A stretch of DNA of 64,000 nt from the human T2T-CHM13v2.0 reference genome, Homo sapiens: assembly GCF_009914755.1 (NCBI RefSeq), contig NC_060925.1, one strand, 5' to 3'. Both the position numbers and the translations under genes were made by a program. Below the pieces are notes generated by a model. It did no database searches and had not been told where the DNA came from. It saw nothing but the letters and a program-made list of their open reading frames with translations. Below are positions 25,908-47,014 of the stretch, piece by piece (the stretch's first letter is position 1; each line of letters starts with the position of its first letter).

Positions 25908-26322
25908 TAAACATTGCATATTCTCACTTCTTTGTGGGATCTAAAAATCAAAACAATTGAACTCATGGAGATAGAGAGTAGAAGGATGGTTACCAGAGGC
26001 TGGGAAGGGTAGTGTAGTGGGGGTGGGGAGGGAGGAGGTGGGCATGGTTAATGAATACAAAAAAAAAAAAAAAAGAATGAATAAGACCTAGTATTTGATA
26101 GTGCAACAGGGTGACTATAGTCAATAATTTAATTGTACATTTAAAAATAACTAGAAGAGTATAACTGGATTGTTTGTAACATAAAGGATAAATACTTGAG
26201 GAGATGGATATCCCATTTTACAAGATGTGATTATTACGCATTATGTGCCTGTATCTCATGTGCCCCATAAATATATATACCTATTATGTATCCACAAAAA
26301 TGAAAATTAAAAATACATAAAC
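25908..26322 (+). mobile_element. 5'-truncated L1 3' end (L1MA/L1PB-like)
   Basis: TTCTCACT...GGTTACCAGAGGCTGGGAAGGG...A-rich tail; 17-bp TSD AATATTAGCTATCTTTA at 25891-25907 and 26323-26339. Confidence 0.88.
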
Positions 26323-26358
26323 AATATTAGCTATCTTTAAACTGAACAACATAATTAC

Positions 26359-26496
26359 CCAAAGCATAGATAGCCCCATAACACACACACACTCCTAAGC
26401 CGCAGCGGGGATGATTCATCGAAGCTACAGTTGTCCACTGTTTAGTAACTGGATCATAGCATTCAGTACAATCAAAAATCATTGAATCCTTTTCAC
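26359..26496 (-). CDS. IPP: IPP exon 6 (Kelch)
   Basis: GEKDSMIFDCTECYDPVTKQWTTVASMNHPRCGLGVCVCYGAIYAL; tcag acceptor, TTGG|GTAATT donor; 138 nt, phase 1-1. Confidence 0.96.
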
Positions 26497-26866
26497 CTGA
26501 GTTAAATAAAAGAGACAAATATTATAAAGTTTAGTAATGCCAACAGACTAGCACCATAACACAATATTCAGTAGTATTCCCTATCGTCAAAAATTCAACC
26601 ATTATGTCTGATTTTATACTATTCATTAACTTTCATTTGCCTGTCAAGCAGTATTTTGAATCTAGAGCACTGTCATTTATTAAAGCCCACTTATGAAACA
26701 GAGGCACAATTTTCCTATTATCTATTTCTACCACCCAAACAATCAAACAATCCATGTAATGTTTTAGGATACAATTTGCATTTTAACACTTCTATATTTT
26801 TTTTCACATATTAGTTTTGGTGGCTGGCCCTGGTACAATTTGAGTTTTAATGTAATCCTTTTCTAA

Positions 26867-27061
<195 letters not shown>

Positions 27062-27225
27062 TAGTAGAGACGGGGTTTCACCTTGTTAGCCAGGATCACA
27101 AGATCCTGACCTCGTGATCCGCCCGCCTCAGCCTCCCAAAGTGCTGGGATTACAGGTGTGAGACACCGCACCCAGCCTGAAAATGAAAAAATTTTAAAAA
27201 GATACCCAAATTTTCATGTTTTTGA

Positions 27226-27363
<138 letters not shown>

Positions 27364-27419
27364 TAGGACTATAAGCATGTGCCACCATGTCCAGGTAATT
27401 TAGAATTTTAAAATAAGAT

Positions 27420-30295
<2,876 letters not shown>

Positions 30296-31115
30296 ACCCA
30301 ACATTTAGAATATGAACCCAGATATGTATGTATCGGGAAGAAACTAAACCAAAATGTTAACTGCGATTATTCTGGGTGGTATGATTATGGCATAAGGGAT
30401 TTAAAATTTCTTTTTCATATGCTTCTGTTTTAACAAAATTTTGTACAACAAACCTCAATTACTTTTATAATTTTAAAAGTATTTAAAAGTTATATATTAA
30501 GGAATATCTTAAGATAGCAATGTTGACAGTATTAATAGCTAGTGAAGTCATAGCAGTTTTGAAGAGCCTCTGTAAGCACTTCTGTGGTATCAGGGGATGG
30601 AATACATACATATGCAAGTGTCACAGAAGGACCTCTGACCCTAGGTTAAACAGAAGAGTTCAAGTGATAAAACTATGCATAATTGACAGAAGACACATAA
30701 AAGGAATTATTAAAGTTGTAGTCAAAGACTATACAGAATTGTGCTCTTTATGCAGACAGGAAGTTATTGCTTAAAATTCTAATTTCCTTGTTGGAATTTT
30801 CTGTTGCACATGTCATTTCTTGATTTAATAAACAGTTCTGAGTTATATACCCTCCAAAGTAAAGATAAAAATCAAATAGTTCCTATATCACCATAATTTA
30901 AACTGACAGTACCACAGTCAGAAAATATTTATACAATTTTTGGGTGGGGATGACTCACCAAACCCTGGCCCACTAAAAAATAAATAAATAAAATAAAAAT
31001 AAAAATAAATTAATTACAATTTTTTTTTATATACAGTCTGGGTGCCATGGCTCACATTTGTAATCCCAGCACTTTGGGAGGCTGAGGCAGGAGAATCACT
31101 TGAGCTCAGGAGTTC

Positions 31116-33272
31116 CTCTCCCTCTCCCCCTCCCCCTCCCTCTCCCTCTCTCCACGGTCTCCTTCCACGGTCTCCCTCTGATGCCGAGCCAAAGCTGGAC
31201 TGTACTGCTGCCATCTCGGCTCACTGCAACCTCCCTGCCTGATTCTCCTGCCTCAGCCTGCCGAGTGCCTGCAATTGCAGGCGCGCGCCGCCACGCCTGA
31301 CTGGTTTTCGGTTTTTTTTGGTGGAGACGGGGTTTTGCTGTGTTGGCCGGGCTGGTCTCCAGCTCCTAACCGCGAGTGATCCGCCAGCCTTCGCCTCCCG
31401 AGGTGCCGGGATTGCAGACGGAGTCTCGTTCACTCAGTGCTCAATGGTGCCCAGGCTGGAGTGCAGTGGCGTGATCTCGGCTCGCTACAACCACCTCCCA
31501 GCCGCCTGCCTTGGCCTCCCAAAGAGCCGAGATTGCAGCCTCTGCCCGGCCGCCACCCCGTCTGGGAAGTGAGGAGCGTCTCTGCCTGGCCGCCCATCGT
31601 CTGGGATGTGAGGAGCCCCTCTGCCTGGCTGCCCAGTCTGGAAAGTGAGGAGCGTCTCTGCCCGGCCGCCATCCCATCTAGGAAGCGAGGAGCGCCTCTT
31701 CCCCGCCGCCATCCCATCTAGGAAGTGAGGAGCGTCTCTGCCCGGCCGCCCATCGTCTGAGATGTGGGGAGCACCTCTGCCCCGCCGCCCTGTCTGGGAT
31801 GTGAGGAGCGCCTCTGCCGGGCCGCAACCCTGTCTGGGAGGTGAGGAGCGTCTCTGCCCGGCCGCCCCGTCTGAGAAGTGAGGAAACCCTCTGCCTGGCA
31901 ACCGCCCCGTCTAAGAAGTGAGGAGCCCCTCCGCCCGGCAGCCGCCCCTTCTGAGAAGTGAGGAGCCCCTCCGTCCGGCAGCCACCCCGTCTGGGAAGTG
32001 AGGAGCGTCTCCGCCCGGCAGCCACCCCGTCGGGGAGGGAGGTGGGGGGGGTCAGCCCCCCGCCCGGCCAGCCGCCCCGTCCGGGAGGTGAGGGGCTCCT
32101 CTGCCCGGCCGCCCCTACTGGGAAGTGAGGAGCCCCTCTGCCCGGCCAGTCGCCCCGTCCAGGTGGGAGGTGGGGGGGTCAGCCCCCCGCCCGGCCAGCC
32201 GCCCCGTCCGGGAGGGAGGTGGGGGGGTCAGCCCCCCGCCCGGCCAGCCGCCCCGTCCGGGAGGGGGGAGGGGGGGTCAGCCCCCCGCCCGGCCAGCCGC
32301 CCCGTCCGGGAGTGGGGTGGGGGGTCAGCCCCCCGCCTGGCCAGCCGCCCCGTCCGGGAGGGAGGTGGGGGGGTCAGCCCCCCGCCTGGCCAGCCGCCCC
32401 GTCCGGGAGGTGAGGGGCGCCTCTGCCCGGCCGCCCCTACTGGGAAGTGAGGAGCCCCTCTGCCCGGCCAGCCGCCCCGTCCGGGAGGGAGGTGGGGGTG
32501 TCAGCCCCCCGCCCGGCCAGCCACCCCATCCGGGAGGTGAGGGGCGCCTCTGCCCGGCCGCCCCTACTGGGAAGTGAGGAGCCCCTCTGCCTGGCCAGCC
32601 GCCCCATCCGGGAGGGAGGTGGGGGTGTCAGCCCCCCGCCCGGCCAGCCGCCCCATCCGGGAGGTGAGGGGCGCTTCTGCCCGGCCGCCCCTACTGGGAA
32701 GTGAGGAGCCCCTCTGCCCGGCCACGACCCCGTCTGGGAGGTGTGCCCAGCGGCTCATTGGGGATGGGCCATGATGACAATGGCGGTTTTGTGGAATAGA
32801 AAGGCGGGAAGGGTGGGGAAAAAATTGAGAAATCGGATGGTTGCCGGGTCTGTGTGGATAGAAGTAGACATGGGAGACTTTTCATTTTGTTCTGTACTAA
32901 GAAAAATTCTTCTGCCTTGGGATCCTGTTGATCTGTGACCTTACCCCCAACCCTGTGCTCTCTGAAACATGTGCTGTGTCCACTCAGAGTTAAATGGATT
33001 AAGGGCGGTGCAAGATGTGCTTTGTTAAACAGATGCTTGAAGGCAGCATGCTCGTTAAGAGTCATCACCACTCCCTAATCTCAAGTACCCAGGGACACAA
33101 ACACTGCGGAAGGCGCAGGGTCCTCTGCCTAGGAAAACCAGAGACCTTTGTTCACTTGTTTATCTGCTGACCTTCCCTCCACTATTGTCCTATGACCCTG
33201 CCAAATCCCCCTCTGCGAGAAACACCCAAGAATGATCAATAAAAAAAAAAAATAAATAAATAAATAAATAAA
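31116..33272 (+). mobile_element. Near full-length SVA (young, possibly SVA_E-like) in intron 5, inserted into an Alu monomer
   Basis: CCCTCT-type hexamers, Alu-like domain, GC-rich VNTR (about 31550-32740), SINE-R, AATAAA and A/TAAA tail; GAGTTC TSD at 31110-31115 and 33273-33278; host Alu resumes as GAGTTCAAGACCAGCC. Subfamily is from memory only. Confidence 0.96.
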
Positions 33273-33839
33273 GAGTTCAAGACCAGCCTGGGCAACATAG
33301 TGAGACCCCATCTCTAAAAAAAAAAAAAAAATGGCCGGGCATGGTGGCTCATGTCTGTAATCCCAGCACTATGGGAGGCTGAGGCGGATGGATCACCTGA
33401 GGTCGGGAGTTCGAGACCAGCCTGACCAACATGAAGAAACCCTGTCTCTACTAAAATTACAAAATTAGCCGGGCGTGGTGGTACATGCCTGTAATCCCAG
33501 CTACAGAGGAGGCTGAGGCAGGAGAATCGCTTGAACCCGGGAGGTGGAGGTTGTGGTGAGCTGAGATCACCAGATCATGCCATTGCACTCCAGCCTGGAC
33601 AACAAGAGCAAAACTCCATATCAAATAAATAAGTAAATTTTTAATGAGCCATACATGGTGATGCATGCCTATAGTCCCAGTTACTTTATTATTTAATAAT
33701 TCATAAAAACAGTTTTACAAAACACCATGATTTCGACCAAGAAATATATCCTACTATTTTGTTGACTTGGTTTTTACGTATCCAGTATCCATACTGCTTG
33801 GTTTATTAAATGAATCATTATGCAGCTTTCAGAATTTAA

Positions 33840-34007
<168 letters not shown>

Positions 34008-34202
34008 TAGCTGGGATTACCAGCACCCACCACCATGCCCAGCTAATTTTTTTGTATTTTTTGTAGAGACAAGGTTTCACCATGTTGGCCAGGCTGGTCT
34101 TGAACTCCTGACCTCAGGTGATCTGCCTGTCTCAGCCTCCCAAAGTGCTAGGAGGGATTACAGGCATGAGCCACTACGCCAGGCAGGTGCCATATTCTAT
34201 AA

Positions 34203-34442
<240 letters not shown>

Positions 34443-34585
34443 TGATCCGCCTGCCTTGGCTTCCAAAAGTTCTGGGATTACAGGTGTGAGCCACTGCACC
34501 CCGCCACAACTTCATTAAAACCAAACCTAAGTATTCTGGCTTGTGATAAATCACAGAATTCATCTGATATGAAATATTGACCATC

Positions 34586-34666
34586 TTGCCCTTCCCCTTC
34601 CCCTTGCCCTTCTCTTCCCTTTCTCTTCCTTCCCTCCCTCCCTCCCTCCTTCCTTCCTTCCTTCCT
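34586..34666 (+). repeat. Polypyrimidine (CCTT/CCCT) low-complexity tract
   Basis: Seen directly, about 120 nt into intron 5 from the exon 5 donor. Confidence 0.9.
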
Positions 34667-34786
34667 GTAAATACTTATTGAGGACAATTAGATATATGTA
34701 TATCACATAGCAACATATAAATCATAAAGCATATTAGAATATAGCCAACAAGACTAATTAAGAAAATAAGACATTTTTATTATTAC

Positions 34787-34954
34787 CTCCAATAGCGTAG
34801 ACCATCCCTCCCAGAACTGTTACTCCCAGCCCACTTCGAGCCTGATGAAGTGAAGACACAGTGGTCCAGTACTGGCTAAAGGTGTCAAAACGTTCTACAC
34901 AGCTGAGGGCTCTGCTATCACTCCAGCGACCCCCCTGCAACCGAGTATATCCAC
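34787..34954 (-). CDS. IPP: IPP exon 5 (Kelch)
   Basis: GGYTRLQGGRWSDSRALSCVERFDTFSQYWTTVSSLHQARSGLGVTVLGGMVYAIG; AG/GT boundaries; 168 nt, phase 1-1. Confidence 0.96.
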
Positions 34955-35281
34955 CTAAACAAAAGAAGAAAAGGTAGTAATGAAAATCTACTGTTCTACA
35001 TCTAAACATTTAGTATAACTACTATATAACAAGAAATAAATGGTTTAGAAATTACTTTCTCTATATACATATAATGTAATATTCTTAAATTTGCCAATTC
35101 CTGAAAGATTGTGGCTTAAATACAGTAAGAAGGTTAGCCTCAGTGTTTTACCACTTGGTCTTGGTTATAAATAGAATATTATATGAAATATAAATCTAGG
35201 CACTGCTTATCTGTTAAATTAGGAAAGTTTCATTATAACTTTCATTAATGTCTTTTTCAATTAAAAATAGTGAGTTGAAAG

Positions 35282-35282
<1 letters not shown>

Positions 35283-35328
<46 letters not shown>
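35283..35328 (+). repeat. (TG)23 microsatellite forming the tail of an antisense Alu fragment
   Basis: Perfect dinucleotide run directly before TTTGAGGCAGGGTTTCACTCTG. Confidence 0.97.
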
Positions 35329-35332
<4 letters not shown>

Positions 35333-35648
35333 AGGCAGGGTTTCACTCTGTCACCCAGGCTGGAGTGCAGTGATGTGATCACAGCTTACTGCAGCCTCGA
35401 TCTTCCCTCATCAACCTCCTGATGAAATCCTTGTTTTGACTACACATCCAATCGGCAAAAAAATTTTAAGAAGCACCCAAAAGCATTATACTTAAATATT
35501 AATACATATATGTAATTATATATATGTAAATTATAAATTATCTCATACATAAGGTACTTACATAAAAACAGTATTATGTATACAGATCTGGACTATATGT
35601 ATCAATATGCTATATATTATATGTATTTTAAATGCTGATAAAGTTTAA

Positions 35649-35870
<222 letters not shown>

Positions 35871-36121
35871 TGAACTTCTGGGCTCACACCATCCTCCCAC
35901 CTCAGCCTTCCAAAGTGCTGGGATTACAGGCCATGAGCCACCACATCCAGATGTAAGTTTAATGCTTTTTAAAATAAAAATGAAAAGAAGTTGTAATATG
36001 TGGCAGGGCACAGTGGCTCACGGCTGTAATCCCAGCACTTTGGGAGGCCAAGGCAGGCGGATCACAAGGTCAGGAGTTCGAGACCAGCCTGGCCAATATG
36101 GTGAAACCCTGTCTCTACTTA

Positions 36122-36292
<171 letters not shown>

Positions 36293-36769
36293 CTACCTCA
36301 AAAAAAAAAAAAAAAAGAAGAAGTTGTAATATGTTCCTCTGATATTCCTATGGATCATCTTTTATAACCACACTTTGGAGATCATTGGTTCCTATCACTC
36401 CTAATGACTAGGATACTGTGAATAGTTTAAAAACTTGAGATTTATTTTCTTTATTTTTCACAATAATTCAAATTTTTTACTTTTAAAGCAGCACTTCTTT
36501 AGTCACTTATTTGATAACTGGATAATCTACGAACTCAAAGGTTTAGATCACAGAATAACAGATATCAAATGAATAGCTATTTCTTTTTAGACATATTTGT
36601 CATAATATATAAATGCAGTTTATAAATCTGTAGTCTGTATGTGAAATTAAATATGCCTCTTCAACACACCCACATATTCTGACATGTATAGTAATAACAA
36701 CAAAATATTAAAAAGGTTTGATCTGGAACACAAATATAATTTCTATTACTTTTTTAAGGGCTCTCTCAC

Positions 36770-36925
36770 CTACTGCATACAGGTACTTTCTTGCTTTCTT
36801 CCGAGGTCGAACCTTAGATGTCTGCAGAAAACTACAAAACTTGTTCTCTTTGGGAGATTTGCATACTTCACAGTACTCTTTCAGAAGTGTTTGCAATGCA
36901 ACACGAAGATTAAAATCGGATACTC
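36770..36925 (-). CDS. IPP: IPP exon 4 (linker to first Kelch repeat)
   Basis: GVSDFNLRVALQTLLKEYCEVCKSPK...RPRKKARKYLYAVG; tttag acceptor, GTAG|GTGAGA donor; 156 nt, phase 1-1. Confidence 0.96.
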
Positions 36926-39900
36926 CTAAAACAATATTTAAAAAGACAATGTTTTAAACAATTTTTAAATAATATTGAAAAAACACATTTCTATAAAGAT
37001 AAGATACATTTAACCATCAAGAAATAAAAAATCATCATCAAACAATGGTGTTTGTTTCCTACAATACCAAATATTGGTACTGACTATTTTAAGGGAAGTA
37101 TTTTCTTCACTAATGAAGAATAAAAAAGGTTGTTGTTAAAATATATGCTTCATATATAAGCAGAATAGCAACTAAAAAATATATATGCTTCACAGTATCC
37201 CCCCATGCATAAGAATTTCCAGGCCAGACGTGGTAGCTCACGCATGTAATCCCAGTACTTTGGGGGGCCAAGTCAGGTGGATTGCTTGAGCCCAGGAGTT
37301 AGAGACCAGCCTGGCCAATGTGGTGAATGAAACCTTGCTGCTACAAAAAATACAAAAATTAGCTGGGTGTGGTGGCACATGCCTATAGTTCCAGCTACTC
37401 AGGAGGTTCATGTGGGAGTACCACTTGAGCTCAGGAAGCAGAGTTTGCAGTGAAGCAGGATTGCACCACTGCACTCCAGCCTGGATGACAGGGTGAGATT
37501 CTGTCTCAAAAATAAAAAAAAAAAAAGAAGAATTTCCAAATAAAGATTGCAAACTGAAACAAGATCACAATTATCTAACAAAATTTAAAAATTAAAATAG
37601 CCACAAATTCTATACTTACAACGTAACAAAAAAGATATAAAATTATGTCATTAACATTTAAGAATGATAGACAAAGCAAGAAAAATAAATTCTGGTGGCA
37701 TGAGTACCATATCCTAAAAGGATTATGCATATGATGAGGTAGGTTGTCCTTGCTCAAGCATGCTTAGCTGAGGAGGTAAACGGCATGAGAGTCAACCTGT
37801 GTTCATTTGCCAAGTTGTAAGACCTGTTCTCCCTGAAAGGGCACTATTTCCTAATTTGCACAAAGGCATTATAATGCTAGCAAGAGATTGTCTCCTATCC
37901 TTCCATCTCTAATCTTTTCTCTGTATCCCAGACAAGAAGCAATATTGAAGAAAAATGGTCAACTAACAAAATCTTGAGAATTCTCACTAATAATAATTTG
38001 CAGACAGAATCAAGAATGAAAAGCAGAACTGAGAAAAGTTGAGGAACAAAATCATTAAAAGGGAAAGTCTTTACAAGACCATCAGTTAAGGTAGAAAGGA
38101 TCACCTGGATTTGCTCTCTAACAGAACACTGTGCTAGCCAAAGTCCACACTAGTGGGATACATCTCTGGCTAGGTTAAGTAGACCCAGATATAAGATAAA
38201 TAACAAGAACTCAATAGAGAGATATCAAAGTCAAGTTCCTAAGTAAGGATCTCAGCCCTAGTGGATCTCTAGTCTTCAACCACCCTCATGCCTCAGTCTA
38301 GAAAGAAGTGGCAAGGGCCAGCACAGTGCCTCATGCCTGTAATCCCAGCACTTTGGGAGGCTGAGGTGGGAGGACTGTTTGAGGCCAGGAGTTCAAGACC
38401 AGCCTGGGCAACACAGTGAAACCCTGTCTCTACAAAAAATTTTAAAATGAGCTGGGCGTGGTGGTATGAACTTTTAGTTCCAGCTACTCTGGAGGCTGAG
38501 GAGGGAGGATCACTTGAGCCCAGGAAGTCAAGGCTTCAGTGACTATGACTGCCCTACTGCATGACAGTGTGAGTGACAGAGTGAGACTCTGTCTCAAAAC
38601 AAAACAGAACAAAGGTGGCAAGAACACAACACATAGCCTTCAAATTTTAGACTAGAGAAAACAAAGTAGTTGTACTAGGTAGAAAGAGTGCCAAGGAGAA
38701 TTAGTTCTTGTATTAACAGAACAGAGTTTGAACAGAGTTGACATGAACAACAGTTCAGTATGAGCAAGATATCAAGAAAGAGCATATGCCTTATTAAAGT
38801 ACATCCCAGGGCCAGGTGTGGTGGCTCACGCTTCTAATCCCAGCACTTTGGGAGGCCGAGGGGGGCGAATCATGAGGTCAGGAGTTAAGAGACCAGCCTG
38901 GCCAACATAATGAAACCCTATCTCTACTAAAAAATACAAAAATTAGCCAGGCATGGTGGCACATGCCTGTAATCTCAGCTACTCAGGAGGCTGAGGCAGC
39001 AGAATTGCTTGAACCCGGGAGGCAAAGGTTGCGGTGAGCCAATATCACGGCCACTGCACTCCAGCCTGGGTGACAGAGCAACACTCCGTCTCGGGGGAAA
39101 AAGAAAAAAAGTACATCCCAGGAAAAAGAAGATAAGAGAGTGAAGAATTCAGTCAGAAGAAAACATCAGCTACAAATAGACAGACTCCTCGTAAGTGCTT
39201 CACATGATACAATTGTTTAAGAATGTCGCTCCTGGCCAGGCACGGTGTCTCATGCCTGTAATCCTAGCACTTTGGGAAGCTATGGCGGGTGGATCACCTG
39301 AGGTCAAGAGTTCAAGACCAGTCTGGCCAACATGGTGAAACCTCATCTCTACTAAAAATTACAAAAATTAGCTGGGCGTTGTGGTGGGCACATGTAATCC
39401 CACCCACTTGGGAGGCTGAGGCAGGGAGAACCGCTTGAACCCGGGACGGGGAGGTTGCAGTGAGCCGAGATCATGCCACTGCACTCCAGCTTGGGCAAAA
39501 GAGCGAGACTCCACCTCAAAAAAAAAAAAAAAAAAAAAAAAACACAAAAAACAATGTAGGTCCTGCAAAACAAGAGCTCAAATACAGATGAGATGCATTG
39601 CTAAGAAAACAAAGTAAGAAATGAAATGACAGTATTGTAGAGTTAATAAATTAGAAACAATAGATATGACTGAAAATCAAATTACTGATGTGGAGGAAAA
39701 GCTTGAGAAAATAATTGTGAATAGAGAGAAAAAATACTGTAACATTAGAAGATGATAAATATGAATGACAAAGAAGTTCCAATAAAAGGAAGAAGACTAC
39801 CAAATGAAACATTTAAAGTATTTTTATTTATTTATTTATTTATTTAGAGACAGAGTCTAGCTCTGTCGCCCAGGCTGGAGTGCAGTGGTGCGATCTCAGC

Positions 39901-40737
39901 TCCCTGAAAGCTCCACCTCCTGGGTTCACACCATTCTCCTGCCTCAGCCTTCCGAGTAGCTAGGACTACAGGCACCCACCCCCACGCCTGGCTAATTTTT
40001 GTATTTATAGTAGAGACAGGGTTTCACTGTGTTAGCCAGAATGGTCTCAATCTCCTGACCTCGTGATCTGCCTGCCTCAGCCTCCCAAAGTGCTGGGATT
40101 ACAGGTGTGAGCCACCGTGCCCGGCCTTGAAACATTTAAAGTATTTAGAAATTTCACATAAGAAAATTTCCCCAAAATGAAGGAAAAACTAAAATTTCAA
40201 AGAGAAAAGATATATGGCAGTCTAATGAAAAAATGATCAACTTCAAAACAAATCAAGAATAATGAAAGAGAATTCCTTAGATATTCAATCAGAAAAATCA
40301 AGTCATGGCCAGGTGCAGCGGCTCACGCCTGTAATCCCAGCACTTTGGGAGGCCGAGGTGGGCAGATCACAAGGTCAGGAGTTCGAGAACAGCCTGGCCA
40401 ATATGGTGAAACCCCATCTCTACTAAAAATACAAAAATTAGCCGGGCATAGTGGTGCACGCCTGTAGTCCCCAGCTACTCAGAAGGCTGAGGCAGAAGAA
40501 TTGCTTGAACCCAGCAGGCAGAAGTTGCAGTGAGCTGAGATCACACCACTGACTCCAGCCTGGGTGACAAAGTAAGACTTCATCTCAAAAAAACATAAAT
40601 AAATAAATAAATAAATAAATAAGCAAGTCATTAAAAAAAAAAACCCCAAAATCCAAACTATGCCTTACAAAATTTGAGGAGAGGAGACATAGGAGAATCA
40701 TTATAATTAAAGAATATTGGCCAGGCATGGTGGCTCA

Positions 40738-41077
<340 letters not shown>

Positions 41078-41589
41078 TCAGGAAACACAGTAATCATGAG
41101 GCTTTCTTTAAAAAAGCACTTGATGATGAAATCCAGCCAACCAAAACAATGCATATTAAAAAAAATCATCAATGAAAAGACCATGGTCAAAAAGCTGGTA
41201 GAGAACATCAAATCCATTTAAATTCAAAACTAAAAGGACAGAGCTAGGGGAATCATGACTACAAATATATATATAAATAAGGGCTATACACCTTGACACA
41301 AAAAAAGGAGTGGAAAGAAAAATAAAAATGCTAATTACCTAATTTTTCTTAGCAAAAAGTTGATACTGTTTAAAATTGAAATACAATTTGAAACTATGAT
41401 TCTTTTAATGATTTTCATCTTTTGTCCTTAATTCTACATGAACCTTTTAGAATAAATATTTCTTGGGACAAGGGAACATAAATCTGAAATTAGTTATTAC
41501 TTCAGTTTCTTCTTTTGTTAACTTATAGCAAGATTTAGGTAAATTTTTTGTATTATAAATAATATGTATAAAATTATTTTTATTTTTAT

Positions 41590-43445
<1,856 letters not shown>

Positions 43446-44008
43446 ATTGTTGTTTTTATATTTCTGTATTACCTAAACTTTTTATAATAAGCATATTCCA
43501 TTTAAAGATAAGTAAAATCATTCTCTAAAATATAAGAAACAGACATATAATCAAATATCTAATAATATTAAATTGCCTAAATTATTTCAGTTGTAAGTAC
43601 AATAATATATATACTATGGAAAAAAATCTACGCATTTCATGTAATATAACTTAACCATTTAAGATTTTGCTCCCTCTGAATTTTATAGTCTCATTTTTCT
43701 ACACAAGTTGCTTATATTTTCTCCAATATGATCAAAGAGGAAAAGTTTCAAAGTTGAAAAATATTATGGTTGCCTTAAAAAAAAATCAATTTACTTCTCC
43801 CTTGATCGTTGCAGTATTTTCCTTCACTGAAATACCACTAGATGATAACTACTGGGCATGCTTAAAAAACACTTCGGGACTTGAATTAGACACTCTCACT
43901 GTGTCTAATTTTAAATTATAAATTATAATTTTAAAAGGCTGTAGGAGGCGGGCGCGGTGGCTCATGACTGTAATCCCAGCACTTTGGGAGGCCAAGGAGG
44001 GTGGATCA

Positions 44009-44356
<348 letters not shown>

Positions 44357-44489
44357 TCAGTCATGAAAGCTTTTGTCCCACTCCTAAATTCTCACCTGAT
44401 TCATGCCAATGTGTGTCTGGATAATTTCTCTCCCTTGTTTAAACATTTAAATAGTGTATTCCTATACACAATTAAATAAGGAATAAGAT

Positions 44490-46236
<1,747 letters not shown>

Positions 46237-47014
46237 TAGTAAAACAAGATATCACTCAGAAAAACCTACAAAATTATGTTAACATTGCTAAGAGTGGAGA
46301 AAAACTAATAACTCATTATTTTAAATTATGTATTTACAGAATTACACCGTTAATGCTTAGTAGTGTATTTAACTTGTAATAAAATCATTTGTAATTCAAT
46401 AGCAACCTAATCTTTCAGTGCATGACAAGAGTAAAAACTTCAAATCTCAAAACCAGGTCTAAAGTAGGCTGGAGAGCAATGGCACAATCCTGGCTCAATG
46501 TAGCCTTGACCTCCTGGACTCAGGTGATCCTCCCACCTCAGCCTCCCAGGTAGCAGTGACTATAAGTGCATGCCACCGTGCTGGGCTAATTTTTTGCCTT
46601 TTTTTTTTTTTTTTTTTTTTTTTGTAGAGACAGGGTTTCACCATGTTGCCCAGGCTGGTCTTGAATTCTTGTGCTAAAGCGATCTGCCTGCCTTGGCCTG
46701 CTAAAGTGCCAGAATTATAGGCGTGAACCATTGCACCTGGCCTAAAGTAATTCTTAGAAATAAATTTAAACATCATTTTTCTAATATAAACATAAAAACT
46801 ATTTTATACTATGGTAAAACATATTTTCAGAATTAAGTTTAGAATCTAAAGATGATTCAAAGGCTACTCAGAGGCCATAATTGTATATCAATACCAAATT
46901 TATTTTATAATGAAAGGATTTACAGGATTCATTGAATTTTTTTATTTTTAGTGTATGCATTTTCTCCAAGTGTTAGGTTTTGCTTAATTTTTCAGAGTAG
47001 CAAGAGGAAATCTT

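Noticed and set aside
30500-30970. Repeat-free intronic stretch with ATGCATAAT and TGACTCA motifs, a possible enhancer or snoRNA host
   Set aside because: Short motifs occur by chance; I see no convincing C/D or H/ACA architecture, and conservation cannot be assessed without an alignment.
31550-32740. Regular 35-50 bp repeats that superficially resemble a CRISPR array
   Set aside because: GC-rich tandem units without unique spacers in a primate genome; this is the SVA VNTR.
31430-33071. Overlapping Pro/Gly/Arg-rich ORFs and the 126-aa MVMTL... ORF (repeated at 47199-47579)
   Set aside because: These arise from the stop-poor SVA VNTR and antisense SINE-R; the duplicate simply reflects two SVA copies.
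36923-36928. NAGNAG (TAG GAG) at the exon 4 acceptor
   Set aside because: GAG is a very poor acceptor, so distal use is unlikely.
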